A stretch of DNA of 62,915 nucleotides, counting the filler, from Octopus bimaculoides (Eukaryota), in the NCBI RefSeq assembly GCF_001194135.2. It is 3 parts of 3 records of this genome, joined end to end, with 100 filler letters (N's around TTAATTAATTAA, not from the genome) between each part and the next. Parts side by side here need not be neighbours in the genome. Positions count along the whole stretch, not along the records: positions 1 to 31,070 come from NC_068990.1; positions 31,171 to 52,514 come from NC_068999.1; 1 more part is not named here. One strand, written 5' to 3'. Within the stretch, counting starts at the first letter, position 1, and each line of letters starts with the position of its first letter. The notes beneath the pieces were generated by a model that had not been told where the DNA came from, ran no database searches, and saw only the letters and a program-made list of their open reading frames with translations. Below are positions 27,327 through 40,700 of the stretch, piece by piece. Position numbers and translations under genes: made by a program.

Positions 27327-27549
27327 TTTCTAACTTTTGCACAGGTTCAACAATTTTGTGGAGAGGAGTAAGTCGATCGTATCGCCCCCCCTCCACCTCA
27401 TTGCCCAACATGTACTTATTGTATCGATTCCGAAATGATGAAAGGCATAGCCTACTTCGGTGGCATTTCAACTCAGAACTTTGAGAGACGGAAGAAATCC
27501 CGCTAAGCATTTTTGTCCGATGCTGTAGCGATTCCGCTAGCTCGCCACC
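27327..27549 (-). mobile_element. SINE family A, diverged full-length copy
   Basis: Head ..CGCTAGCTCGCCACC and body GATGAAAGGCATAGCCTACTTCGG. Confidence 0.85.
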
Positions 27550-28439
27550 CTAACGTTACATTAGACATGTTGTCCTATTTATACTCTGTTTAATATAAAG
27601 AGATATTCATGGATGGAACGTCTTCCATCATTGTTCAGACGAGTGAGATTTGAGTTAGAGTTGAACAGCAATAACACTAGCACAAATGAAATTTGAATAC
27701 TTAATTAAGTACTTGCATAGGCTAATTGAGTTAATATGAAATCTTTACAGACCTCTCTGGACAAGAGAATGACCTAAACAGTTATATTACAAAAGAAATT
27801 ATCTCCTGACTATTATAATAAAATTTCCATGAAAAGGCAATAAAGTCACTGTACTTTCGAAGACATTTTCGTCGATAAGCTCCAGCATAGCGGTGAAGAA
27901 ACAGACCTATGTTGAAAGGAGTCCTAGAAACAAACAACCAATCTCTCTCCTTTAGGTTAACGAGAATCTTGGACACCTTGTCCAATGCGTTTTTAAAACG
28001 AATTCAGTGTCTTTGCACTTTTCATTCCCTACGGGGGGTGGAATTCTAGACACTGAACACTCCTCTCACTTTAACTGTTAATAATATAGAATTGATTCTG
28101 ACACCGAGTCAAGACGATACAAAGATGGCTAGGGACTTTATATTTCTTTTATATAGGAAATACTAAAGGTATTATTTGGAAATTTCAGATGTTTAGCGAA
28201 GACAGTTTTGAAAGTCATCAATATTGAGATAACCCTTCGAGAAACAAATTTCTTTCATGTAATTTACAATTTTTCTTAAATAGTACTAAACTGTTTCTTA
28301 TCTTCACAAAAGAATTTGTCACTGAGACATCTTAGTAGCTCTAATAAATATCTCTTAATTATTCTACTTCTTAATCTGTGGTAAATATACAGCAGAAAAT
28401 TTCATATTACACTTGCTGCTGCATAATATTTTACACAAG

Positions 28440-28800
28440 TTGCTTTTATTCTTCTTTGCAACAAATGTTACACATTCAGTGTTACAACTTCACGTTACCA
28501 CAACTGTTATATAATTGTTGCATGTTTCACGTTAAAACTTTCCTTCACAATAAAACTGATACATCTTCACGTTATAAGAATTACTTCATTCATCATCCTA
28601 CTACACATTAGAACTACAACACACTTCACGTCACAATAACTGCAACTTCTTGGCATTACGGTTGCTACACATTCCATGTTATAACTACTACATACTTCAC
28701 ATGACAAGAATTGTTACATTTTTAGGTATCAACAACTGCCACATACTCCATGTTACAATAATCGCTACACACTTCACATTACAAAAAATTGCTACAAAAG
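28440..28800. repeat. Degenerate ~24-26-bp minisatellite (approx. GCTACACACTTCACGTTACAATAACT)
   Basis: CTTCACGT/CTTCACAT/TCCATGTT cores recur about 8 times with ACAAT/AACTG flanks. Confidence 0.65.
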
Positions 28801-29954
28801 TCAATCAACAAAAATTAGCTTTGTACTCTCGCCCATCCAATTAGGATTTTTTTTAGCAGAGAACTATCAAGTCGTAACATTAAAATGTTTCATGAGAACA
28901 TTAGTGAGAGAAGTGGATGAAAATATGTTCATGTAGGTGTCGAAACAGCGTTGCTGTTTCGTCGTATCCAGGTGTTTACCCGACACTCTACAGGTTTGAC
29001 TTTGACTACCATCTTTCAAATATTAATAAGTTAGACTACTTGACTATAACCTTCATTCAAATTCTGGACAAGATCACTACATTAGCAAAATCGATATTGA
29101 TTTATTACTTAGACTACACAACTTATGCGTTTAATGAGAATTAAGTAATCGATTCTATATTTGTACTATATTTCTATTTTATTGGTTCCAGGGCAGGATT
29201 TCAGAAGCAAAACTATACTGTAGGATTTGAACTGAAAACTGAATCAATTTAGATTCTGATCCTTGTATGTGTACTAGTAAGGCCAATAACTGTCTTAAGT
29301 ATTAAACTGGATTCTTTCATATAACGTAATTTGGATATTTGGTAAATGGAGAAAATAGTGTGGGTTCAGTTTTTAATCAAATCAGTTTCACATATCATAC
29401 ATTGGGATAAATATGATGGAAATAGAAATGACCCGAACTGAGAATGGAAACTGAATTAATTGTTCATTATTCGTTATGCATCATCATTAAATATTGATTT
29501 ATTGATTTGTTATTGTTTAGTTAGTCGTTATAGGGAGACAGAAATGGAATATTGTAACGTTCATGTATTGGTCAAAAGCATTAAGAACATAAAAGTGAAC
29601 TCAAGTTGAGTCAGAATCGAACCTCCTTTCTCAGTTATCTCAAACATCAATTCCCTCTATAACAATTGCGCAATGAGAGAAAAATATATTGCAACGAAAG
29701 AAGTTTTTAAGCATTTATATTTATCTCTTTCTTTATGAGTGAATCTGTAGTCAATTTGATCGATATAGATACATGAATAGTATTTCTTTATAGTCTTTGG
29801 AGGGGATATCGACAAAACTAAACTCCGAATGTACTGGCATACTGCACTAAATAACTGCTACAAATTAATCGCATACTCAACTGTATCCAACCTTATGCCA
29901 CCAAATCATCCAAGAAAAATATTAATCTCTTACAAGTGGCAGATGGTCAAGAAA

Positions 29955-30065
29955 TGTGCAGGGTTAGTGGTAGGGGATATGTCGCCTGAATTGGGTGACT
30001 TCTAGTACACTAGGGTAACTTAGTTTATCGACCCTGGACGTCAAGGTAAGTGAAAAGCAAATTAG
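29955..30065 (-). mobile_element. Very old SINE family A-like remnant
   Basis: AGTACAC.AGGGTAACTTAGTTTATCGACCCTGG..GTGAAAAGCAAA. Confidence 0.4.
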
Positions 30066-31026
30066 ACGTCTTGTTGAAATACTGCCTAGAATGGATATAG
30101 TTATGCATTGGGTGAATGTGGTTATTCCGGTAATCTATCGTTTCAGACAATTTTACACGTTTATATTAAAGAAAATATTGATTTATTACGTTAGTACCAA
30201 ACCACAAATTGAAGGTAAGCCATTCTAACACTCTCTAGTAGTCATCATGTTTATGTTAGAAGCTGAATTATAAATACTTATACTTTTCTCGTATAATTAT
30301 ATCAATACTCAGCAATCTGTGCTATTTCTACCTATGCACTGACATGCACTTTTAACCTAAATCCCCTACGGCTACTTTAATATTTACAAGACATTTCATT
30401 TCCAACGCAGACGTTAACACGGTGAGTGTGTGTGTGTGTGTGTCTAAATGTGTCTGTGCATGTATATAATTGTACGAGTATAGTTCAGCTTGCTTTTGAT
30501 ATATTGGAGGCATATGTATATACATAAATACGGTTACCATCTGTTTGTGAAGCTGGAAGTTTATATCTGGCGTGGGTTGATGAGGTTATTAACAAGCACT
30601 AAATTGAACTGATATTTCTCTGCTGTCAAATTATAATCATAACCATGACCGTAACTCGCCCACGGTTAATTTAATTTAGAAGAACGCTTGTTCAACTTAG
30701 ACGGAATAATGAAACAGAACGATGAAAGCGAGCCAATACATTGTTGAGGGAATCAAACGTTTTACTGCAGAATTTTTAGGCTATATTACATTTCTATTAA
30801 GCAATTATTGGTCACAAATACATATTCCCTACTATCTATCTATACGTTAATCTATATATTACACGCACACATACAAGCGTATGCATTTATGCCTTTAATC
30901 TTTCACTTGTGCCAATAGTAAATTTTCAATGTTACACACATTTCTGTTTAGCTTTAGACGAATATACGTAGACTGGCAATGTTTTAGTGCCCTCGGAGTG
31001 ATGAAAATTCAAGTTGCTTTGTGTGT

Positions 31027-31070
<44 letters not shown>

Positions 31071-31170
31071 NNNNNNNNNNNNNNNNNNNNNNNNNNNNNN
31101 NNNNNNNNNNNNNNTTAATTAATTAANNNNNNNNNNNNNNNNNNNNNNNNNNNNNNNNNNNNNNNNNNNN
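31071..31170. other. Synthetic scaffold-join spacer (44 N + TTAATTAATTAA + 44 N)
   Basis: Exactly 100 bp and symmetric, identical in design to 52515-52614. The 12-mer has stop codons in all six frames. Confidence 0.95.
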
Positions 31171-31235
31171 GATATACATTGATATACATGAGATGCAAGT
31201 AAACGTATATAACCAGATCTACATGGCTATAGAAT

Positions 31236-31753
31236 TTAGAATTTAGAGTCAAATGTATTTTTTGTCAAATACCACTACCAGATTTATAAAGATGCACTAT
31301 CGAATGACTGAATTTAAATGGAACCTGATATATGTGCATCACGTGAAATATAAATCACGTGATATATAAATCACGTGATATATGAATATACATATATTTG
31401 TTGACACAAACGTGTATATATAAAGGAGCAACAACACACCTTATAGGGAAAATAATGAATGGGTAAATACATTGAATGTTTTGTATATAGTCGTACTTAT
31501 ATTATTACATTTAATATATTTGGGTCATATCCTTTAATTCATATTTGCAGTCCATTCTGTAGTATTGCATTTGTAAGGAAACACGTGAGTATTAAATAAT
31601 ATATGCATGTATATGCATATGTACGTGTGATTTACGTGATGCACATATTTCAGGTTCCGTTTAAATTTTGTTTAAATTCAGTAATTCGATAGTGCAAGTA
31701 TATGAATCTAGTAGTCGTATTTGACCAAGAGTGCATTTGACTCTAAATTCTAA
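31236..31753. mobile_element. Foldback/MITE-like element with ~110-bp inverted arms
   Basis: TTAGAATTTAGAGTCAAATG..GTCAAATAC.ACTAC.AGATT..TGCACTATCGAAT.ACTGAATTTAAA..GGAACCTGA.ATATGTGCATCACGT matches the reverse complement of 31631-31753. Confidence 0.85.
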
Positions 31754-32602
31754 CGGTAACCATGTCTGGTTATATACATTTGCGGCAATAATTTACTTGC
31801 ATCGCATATGCTATAGAAACGATGCACTAAACAGCAAAGAGAAGCTACGATCAGCCAAAGTGACCGAAGTCTCTTACGATACAGATTCAACATGGCCACA
31901 TACGGAGGGGCAAAATCAGCAACATAATCAATGAATATAGACATTCGTTGTCTACATACATTGATTTCTATATCTGCTGCATTATGTAAAGTTTCGTGCA
32001 AATATGTAATTTTATATGCTCTTACGTATGTTTGCCGTATGTACATATATCGAATAGACTGTAACAATAATATATGGCATTATGAAAATTTTCAAATATG
32101 AAAAAAGAAACTACATAAAAAAGATATTAGCAACTTTTATGTCATTGTATATTTACCAGTAAACAAAAAAAAAAAAAATTGATATACCTGAAATTTTCTT
32201 TCTGTATGTGTGCTTGGAAAATTCTAAATGCATCCAACATCAAAGATCCTTACGAGACGATGGAGACAATCACATGGTATTAATTCATGACAAGTGCACG
32301 CAAACCGTAGATGATCAGTTTCTTTGGCAGATATCTTTAATGCATGAAAGAAATTCGGGTTTACAAGGCAAGTATGTAATAAACATTATATGAATCTATA
32401 TATATATATGAATCTATATATATACGCATATATCATTATACATATATACATATATATCTATATATATCATATATAAATATACGTATATATATTCGTCTAT
32501 GTATATACATATTAATTTTATTTTCATTTTATCTATTTGCAGCTCATGCGCTGTGGCGATACACATACATATATACAATACTTATAGATGTATATTGTTA
32601 AG

Positions 32603-32634
<32 letters not shown>

Positions 32635-32653
32635 CGTATGTGTGTGTGCGTAT

Positions 32654-32692
<39 letters not shown>

Positions 32693-33519
32693 TGCGTGAG
32701 TGAGAGAGTCAGAGAGAGTTGGAATGAGAGTGAAAGGACAAAATGAGATAGATAATATACGGCACAGTACAAAGAGTTTTCGATATGCTGCTAATCTCAT
32801 GACCTTTCGTGATCCTCCACAATTTATTGTTTTCAAACTGAAACATTTCCACAAGCATAAACGCAGTAAGTTGTACCCATATGAAATGAAATACTCCTTT
32901 TTATATATGTATANNNNNNNNNNNNNNNNNNNNNNNNNNNNNNNNNNNNNNNNNNNNNNNNNNNNNNNNNNNNNNNNNNNNNNNNNNNNNNNNNNNNNNN
33001 NNNNNNNNNNNNNNNNNNNNNNNNNNNNNNNNNNNNNNNNNNNNNNNNNNNNNNNNNNNNNNNNNNNNNNNNNNNNNNNNNNNNNNNNNNNNNNNNNNNN
33101 NNNNNNNNNNNNNNNNNNNNNNNNNNNNNNNNNNNNNNNNNNNNNNNNNNNNNTTTCGTTGTATGGCAATTACACTACTGAATATAATAAATGAGTGAGG
33201 GTAAAAAGTTGTTTTACTCTTAATTTATACGACAATAAGATAATGGAGCGTATCAAGAGGTCGTATTAATCAACTTTTAGACATTATATGATGCCAATTT
33301 ATTTATTAAAAAAAAACAACAATTATAACAATATACATACATGTATAACATATTATGCTTTATATGTATAAAAATACCAGTAATTATTAAAATATATAAT
33401 GTAAAACGTAGAAAGTAGAACTTTTTCTTACAGCTGTTTCAGCCAAGAGGTCATAGTATCCCACTTTACTTCCATCACTTCAGTGAACTGAAGTATTTGA
33501 TAGATAAGATTAGGGTACT

Positions 33520-33730
33520 TGGGTGTGTATACATACATACATGCATGTATACATACATACATACATGCATAAATAAATACATGCATACATACATGCATGC
33601 ATATCTTGTTGATGTTGTTGAAATTCCAATGAAGTAACGTAGGATCTATGTTAGAAACCGGTTCATTCTCTCTCCGCAAGAAATTGTGAAATAAAACTGA
33701 ATAATTACATACATACATACATACATATGA
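33520..33730 (+). mobile_element. Short unique insert (33600-33705) between (TACA)n/(ATGC) tracts carrying a partial hammerhead-like fold
   Basis: An 8-bp hairpin TAACGTAG-GAT-CTATGTTA is followed directly by GAAAC-CG-GTT. The CUGANGA half is degenerate (CCAATGA). Confidence 0.35.
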
Positions 33731-36700
33731 AGACGGATTACATTCAGTAGTCTTATGCAGTTTTTCTATCTAATACTTTCTCTCACAAATCGGAGTTTAA
33801 CCAGTATTTATCTTAATGTAACTTCATAAATACAACTCAATTGTTGTGTCTTTCTTAATATACACCACCTGTATATATATCGTATGATATGGATTTGATT
33901 TTATAATATTTCAGTCTAGAAACTGAATGATAAATGAGCTACTTCATATGGCTACAGACATTACATCATTAGACATATTTCTTCAAATCTTATAGGAAAT
34001 TGCATATAATTCTAGTTAACTGACCTTCCAAATCTTCCATTGTTCAAACTGATTTTCATGCTCGCAAAATGCATCAGAAAGACAATGGTTATTCTCTTAA
34101 CTCCAATTTGTTTTAATCTACATTAAGTGTACGTAATATCTTGGTGTACCACTAATGTATTTTAAAGGGGTAAGTCAACAAAAATAAAAATAAATTAAGC
34201 ACGCTGGCAACAATTATGCGTGAACATTCTGTAATATAATTTGTACTTACAGACCTAATGACTATTTACATAGGCATCTATGTCTTTGTAATTAGCTACC
34301 TGTTTCGTCAACGGATTTTTTTTGTTTAAACAGAAAATCTAATAAAAGCAAAACAAGGAAATGTTTCTAATTATTTATTTCAAAGTAGCTGAACCAATAG
34401 AGAAAATAATCCCTCCATTTTTACAACAGAGCTTCCACATTTAGCATTAATGAAACGCTTGTATGAAGTTCGTAAGTCGCTGACATATCTTCACAGAGTT
34501 TTTTAGCAGAGCAAGGGAATTATTTCATACAAATTGTTTCGTATCTCACACATGTGAAATCTAATGACATATGTATTATAGGTATTTAATGGCGTCTGTG
34601 AGTGGACAAAAATATGATTGAATGTTATATACTTAATCAGTGTTCTTTGCAAATACATGTTCGGATGGGTAACAAATGTCACCAGGGATATATAATTTCT
34701 GCTCGAATAGCTTATTTACAGTGTGTTTAAAAATGCAATAAATTCTGAATCTTAATAAGTACGTTATGAACTCTCATATTCCAAAGTATATGAGAGAAGC
34801 ACATAAAGGCTAACATTATTTCATGATACAGGTATTATAGAACGACACGAGCATAAATCTTTCTTATTCTGTTATTCGTGAATATAGGCAGCGTTCGTTA
34901 TGAATTCGCAAACGATCGTACCGCAAGAAAATAAATCACACTACATTGCAGATTCTGTATTTTTAGCTGTAGAAACTCATGAATAAATGGCCTATGTTGG
35001 TATAATGTGCATACGATGTTTAGTGTTACCATGACTTATGAATTCTGCAGCTTTTTTACAACAACATCTCTACAACATTTAAATGCAGCCACGAGAAGAA
35101 CCGTCTTTTTGGAGAGGATTGAATATGCCACTAGTAATAAAATGTTTACTATTAATTTGGAACTTTGCATCAGTTCAATTAAAAAAACAAACTCTAATTT
35201 TTATAATATGTAACCCTACTCAACAAATGTTTAGTTCACTAAAATAAGAGATGTATCAGATAAATCGGAAACGCAAGCTTCCTAAAAGCAGTCCCTCTAA
35301 AAATAAAGAAATAGTACCTCGCTCATAAAATTAATTAGTATGAAGCAACATACAACGCGAATACACACCAACTTACTCATGAATCTAATATATGTTTGGA
35401 ATATTCATCATCTTTGCAACCACAAAAGCTAACTGCGTGCTATTGTAGTGCTCCAAAATTAAAGGAAATGATTTTGTTTATTTCCAAGTTATGATACCGT
35501 GTTTCATTAAAATCCGGTGATTCACTGAGACATTTTTCAAATAATTATATAAAATGTATTTCTTGATCACACATATATTCAAGTACACGGACCACACTTA
35601 CATGCCGAAATCTATTTTCAAACACGTTATGTATATTAGATCTATATGGGACTCCCTAAATAGATATCGTTGGGGAACAAATGATGTTCACAAACAAAAT
35701 TAGACGTCATGGTATTCCATAAATTTGCCATGCGCGGGAATTCTTAACTCCGATGTCATAACATTGTCTCAGGACATTCATTTGCTGGTTTGTGAAGTTG
35801 ATTTCATGTGCTGACACATCACCCATATACAAATGCTAAGTGCCTGATATTGCTTTCACCTTGGATACCTTGTCACCCTGTTAGATCCACATTCACCACG
35901 TTGCCATTAATGGCCTTTCATATTATCACTTCCGTTCTGTTTGCAGTATCACGATGGTCAGATTTGCCATTATGCATATGTATGTGTCACGTGAAACATC
36001 GATTTTCTCTAATATTCTGTTTTGCTTTCCGGAATACATGACATCTCTCATTCTAATTAATATAACTGAGTAGTCACTCTGACACATCAATTAGTAATGA
36101 AACTAAGGTGTGTGCTCTCCAGACCGGATGGTTATTTATTTGATTCTTGTTTTGCTGATGGCTTTTTTTTACCACAAAATTCCAGCAAATTTTGTCGCCC
36201 TACATTGCCAGAAAGTAATTCATAACTTCCATAGTGGAGTTCATTGCGATGCTGACCAGCATACTTGTCGATGTCACCAGTCAAGATAAGGCCAATATAC
36301 TTCTCCATTGAAGCATACTGCAAACGAGACGAGTAAAATTTAGTAATATATTTTGTGGTCAAACGTTTGAAAGAGAGATATGCAGTAAATTTATATATTA
36401 TGTGAACCTGCATTAAACTAACTGTTTCACACAAGCNNNNNNNNNNNNNNNNNNNNNNNNNNNNNNNNNNNNNNNNNNNNNNNNNNNNNNNNNNNNNNNN
36501 NNNNNNNNNNNNNNNNNNNNNNNNNNNNNNNNNNNNNNNNNNNNNNNNNNNNNNNNNNNNNNNNNNNNNNNNNNNNNNNNNNNNNNNNNNNNNNNNNNNN
36601 NNNNNNNNNNNNNNNNNNNNNNNNNNNNNNNNNNNNNNNNNNNNNNNNNNNNNNNNNNNNNNNNNNNNNNNNNNNNNNNNNNNNNNNNNNNNNNNNNNNN

Positions 36701-37986
36701 NNNNNNNNNNNNNNNNNNNNNNNNNNNNNNNNNNNNNNNNNNNNNNNNNNNNNNNNNNNNNNACACATATTTGTGCACGTGTGTTTCCGTATACCCGCGT
36801 GTGTGTTCATAACATGTACAGAAGAACACGCGTAAACACACACGCACACATTTATTTTTGAATTTATTTTGACACTTGGACATATAAACAAGGAGTAAAA
36901 GAGTTTGAGTTAAGTGCGCATTTGCTTAAACAAATTAAAATATTTCCTCTTTTGCAAAACTAGGAAATTTATTTGTTCAAAATAAAAAGATTACACATGT
37001 TGCAGCCATGCATGACTAATATGTCATATTTTGCTGTATTTTCTTTTTCTCTTATTTTTTCAATTCAAAACGGACATTCAAATTCTTTCTCTGCAAGCAG
37101 ACTGGTTACATATTGGCTTAAGCATAAACATTAACTCACAGATTATTTAAATCATACACCACTGATAACATAACATTTTACTTGTTTAGGTTAATATTTA
37201 AAATTACGTCTCTAGTCGTGATCTCATGTCACACTCCACTGGAGGAATGCAGTGAACTGTTGGACATTGTCCCTTGATCTGCTCAGGTTTTAAAAATTCA
37301 AGCTGGGTTTAAGTAAATATAAAATAAAACAACATAATACTGTCTGCTTCAATTTAAATTTGCAACATTTGCTAATATCTATACTTGTTCCATCGATGTG
37401 CGGATACATATACATTTCAAGCAGACTCGTAAACAACATCCGGCACACATATATGTGTGCGCTTGTATTTATTGGTGCATGTGTAAATGTGCATACGTAT
37501 AGTTGATCGCATACGTGTGTGTAAGTGTCTATCAATAGCTACTTTTCTGAAAAAATATCTAAATTGCACATATACATAGGAATACAGCAAGATCGATAGA
37601 GGAAAAGGAAGACAACAAAATTCAGTTAAATACAACACAAGTTTTCCAATATAGTCTCCAATAAAATCTGTTATCCTTATTTACGTTACCAATCAACTGA
37701 TGTGTACATGCGATATTTGCGTGGAATTTGAGTTCTATTCCATAGACAAAGAGGGTGCAACTTGTTTCCCTACTTTAAATTTTCAAACATTGTATGCATT
37801 ATGCCGACTTTCGCACGTACTCGCTTTCTCTCACTCTCTCAAATTCTGACACACACATACACACGCGCTCACGTACAAACATATATACAGCAATCTCTCG
37901 AATATTCTGGGTGTTACGCGATAGGTTAATAGTGACATACTGAGGTATAACAGTATATATACATGTAGGCATATATGAACGTATGT

Positions 37987-38027
<41 letters not shown>

Positions 38028-38689
38028 CAAAATTAATCAAAGGACATACTAAGTATGTCTACCTGCATGAAATAATAGTCAAAACCCGTTATTAAATCGC
38101 CCCAAAATACACTGGTGAAAACTACAGAAATCAAACGAAAGCAAATTTGGTCTAAGACAACCTACTTACATACATTTAAGTATTTGGATTCACGTGGACT
38201 TGTTTCTGGCGATATAATAACGAGTTTTGACTGTTATTTCTAGCAGGTAGACATACTTAGCTTGTCCTTTGATTAATTTTAATCCTTCGGCTATTGAAAT
38301 GCTATTTTTGGCCTGCTATCGCCTGTATCGTTGGTTCTGTTATTATCATTCTTAAATTAGTGAGATCGGATAATAATAGAATTAACGGTACCTTTGTAAA
38401 TTAATTTTATATATACATACGCACATATATATANNNNNNNNNNNNNNNNNNNNNNNNNNNNNNNNNNNNNNNNNNNNNNNNNNNNNNNNNNNNNNNNNNN
38501 NNNNNNNNNNNNNNNNNNNNNNNNNNNNNNNNNNNNNNNNNNNNNNNNNNNNNNNNNNNNNNNNNNNNNNNNNNNNNNNNNNNNNNNNNNNNNNNNNNNN
38601 NNNNNNNNNNNNNNNNNNNNNNNNNNNNNNNNNNNNNNNNNNNNNNNNNNNNNNNNNNNNNNNNNNNNNNNNNNNNNNNNNNNNNNNNA

Positions 38690-38880
38690 TATATATGGGA
38701 GAATATACAAATAATAACAACAGACGAGGACAGGTGGTGTAAATAACAAAAGGATATATTAGTATGACGCTCGGGAATACGGAAAGTCTTTGACGTTTCG
38801 AGCTACGCTCTTCAACAGAAAGAATACGGAGACAAGGAGAAAAACACGGAGAAAAAAAAATTTGAAAAAAAAATTGATTT
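38690..38880 (-). mobile_element. Hammerhead-bearing short element family H, copy 1
   Basis: Collinear with 56075-56240 and 61136-61325: pyrimidine-rich leader, hammerhead-like motif, AAAGACTTT..TTCCCGAGCGTCA.ACTAATA.A.C...CACCTGTC.TCGTCT.TTGTT tail, then (TA)n. Confidence 0.85.
38787..38823 (-). ncRNA. Minimal type I hammerhead ribozyme-like motif, variant core
   Basis: UCUUU CUGUUGA A GAGC-GUA-GCUC GAAAC GUC AAAGA. Stems I and II are perfect, stem III is the palindrome ACGU, and the cleavage triplet is GUC. The core has U at position 6. Confidence 0.7.
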
Positions 38881-39169
38881 ATATATATATACATGTACGT
38901 ACATATATACATACATGCATGTATACATACATGCATGTATACATACATACATTCATAAATACATACATTATAGTTCCGACGACCGGGAACGTGAATCTTT
39001 GAGTTTTTGCATCTTGCGTCATAAAGCATATTACTCTCCCCTTCCCTTTTCAGTGCAGCAGAAATGATGCGGTTTGGAGGATTGCCTGAAGGGATTGTCC
39101 AAACTTGCAACAGTAGTTTTAGTTCCTTGCGCTTCTACTGGAGTATCAGCGTTGTTGTCTAAGCCCAGA

Positions 39170-39501
39170 GGGGGCAGGAAAGAGAGAGAGGAAATGAGTG
39201 AGACAGAGGGGTTAAAGAGAAAGATAAGGAGCGTGAGAGAAAGACAAAGGGAGATATGAGGGCAAGAGAAAGGGGGGGTATAAAATGACAGAGTGACAGA
39301 AGGAGGGAGGGAAGAGTGAGAGAGAGAAGAGTGAGAGAGAGAAAGATATGAAAGAGGGAGACGGGAGAAAATGAGAAATGTAAGAACGATAGGAACAGAG
39401 CGAGGCGTAGAGAAGGGAAAATTAGAAAAATAGGAAGGGGAGAGAGAGGGAGAAAAGAGAGGGAGAAAGGGAGAAATAGAGAGAGAGAGAGATACAAAGG
39501 A
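39170..39501. repeat. GA-rich low-complexity tract
   Basis: Read directly. Confidence 0.9.
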
Positions 39502-39719
39502 NNNNNNNNNNNNNNNNNNNNNNNNNNNNNNNNNNNNNNNNNNNNNNNNNNNNNNNNNNNNNNNNNNNNNNNNNNNNNNNNNNNNNNNNNNNNNNNNNNN
39601 NNNNNNNNNNNNNNNNNNNNNNNNNNNNNNNNNNNNNNNNNNNNNNNNNNNNNNNNNNNNNNNNNNNNNNNNNNNNNNNNNNNNNNNNNNNNNNNNNNNN
39701 NNNNNNNNNNNNNNNNNNN

Positions 39720-40102
39720 GGCCATGCTGGAGCACCGCCTTTAGTCGAGCAAATCGACCCCAGGACTTATTCTTTGTAAGCCTAGTTATTCTATCGGTCT
39801 CTTATTCTATCGGTCTCTTTTGCCGAACCGCTAAGTTACAGGGACGTAAACACACCAACATCGGTTGCCAAGTGATGTTGGGGGGACAAACACAGATACA
39901 TGAACATATACACACACATACATATATGTATACATATATACGACGGGCTTCTTTCAGTTTCCGTCTACCAAATCCACTAACACGGCTTTGGTCGGCCCGA
40001 GGCTATAGTAGAACACACCTACCGAAGGTGCCACGCAGTGGGACTGAACCCGGAACCATGTTGTTGGTAAGCAAGCTACTTTCCACACAGCCACTCCTGC
40101 GA
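39720..40102 (-). mobile_element. tRNA-derived SINE family B
   Basis: Near-complete reverse-complement match to 55345-55738. Confidence 0.95.
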
Positions 40103-40139
40103 CTATACATAATCACAAAGGTGATTATACCATCGAATT

Positions 40140-40700
40140 AAATAATACCAACACGACCTGTATAACACTCCATATTGTTAATTATTAAACTATTCCCCAC
40201 TGTTGGGTATTTTTGATATCCGATCTGGTATTTCTCTAATTCCAGCTTTAAACTCTCTAATGACAAATGATACCGTACTATTACTAACACTACAATTCCA
40301 TAAAAGTTAGATATTATTATTAGATTGCCGTCCTACCCTCCCTCAAATTTCAACCAATATCCACAGAATCCCGCACGATTCTGTGTATCCCTGCCTCACT
40401 CCTTTAATTTTACACCCTTAGCTAGTGAACTCTAAACTCCGACCCTATGCCTAAGTAGCTAGAATGCTTTTATTTTTCTTCACCCTTACTTTTCCTTTAA
40501 ATTTTCTTTCTTTCTTATCCTTAACTTATATTAGGACCTCTGCTTGCTACCCATGCTCTAAACCTACTATGATATAATAAATTTTCAACTATAACCCACT
40601 TCAGCCGATCTAAGAATAAGTCTTGCGAACTCCTATCTCACCCGCTTCGCTAAACTTAAATATCATATTACTCACTTTCAAGAAATACTATCTTAATCTC
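40140..40700 (-). mobile_element. Possible very old LINE (L1/Tx1-like) 3' region
   Basis: Strong strand asymmetry and faint LWNC..F..R.E-like remnants. No diagnostic motif recovered. Confidence 0.2.

Noticed and set aside
28941-28961. Perfect 9-bp hairpin CGAAACAGC-GTT-GCTGTTTCG
   Set aside because: Isolated, with no CUGANGA box and no other context. Compatible with chance in 60 kb.
39035-39158. Possible minus-strand exon DNNADTPVEAQGTKTTVASLDNPFRQSSKPHHFCCTEKGRG
   Set aside because: The acceptor's pyrimidine tract is simply a (CT)-rich microsatellite, the donor is weak, the phase is incompatible with 36317, and I recognise no homology.
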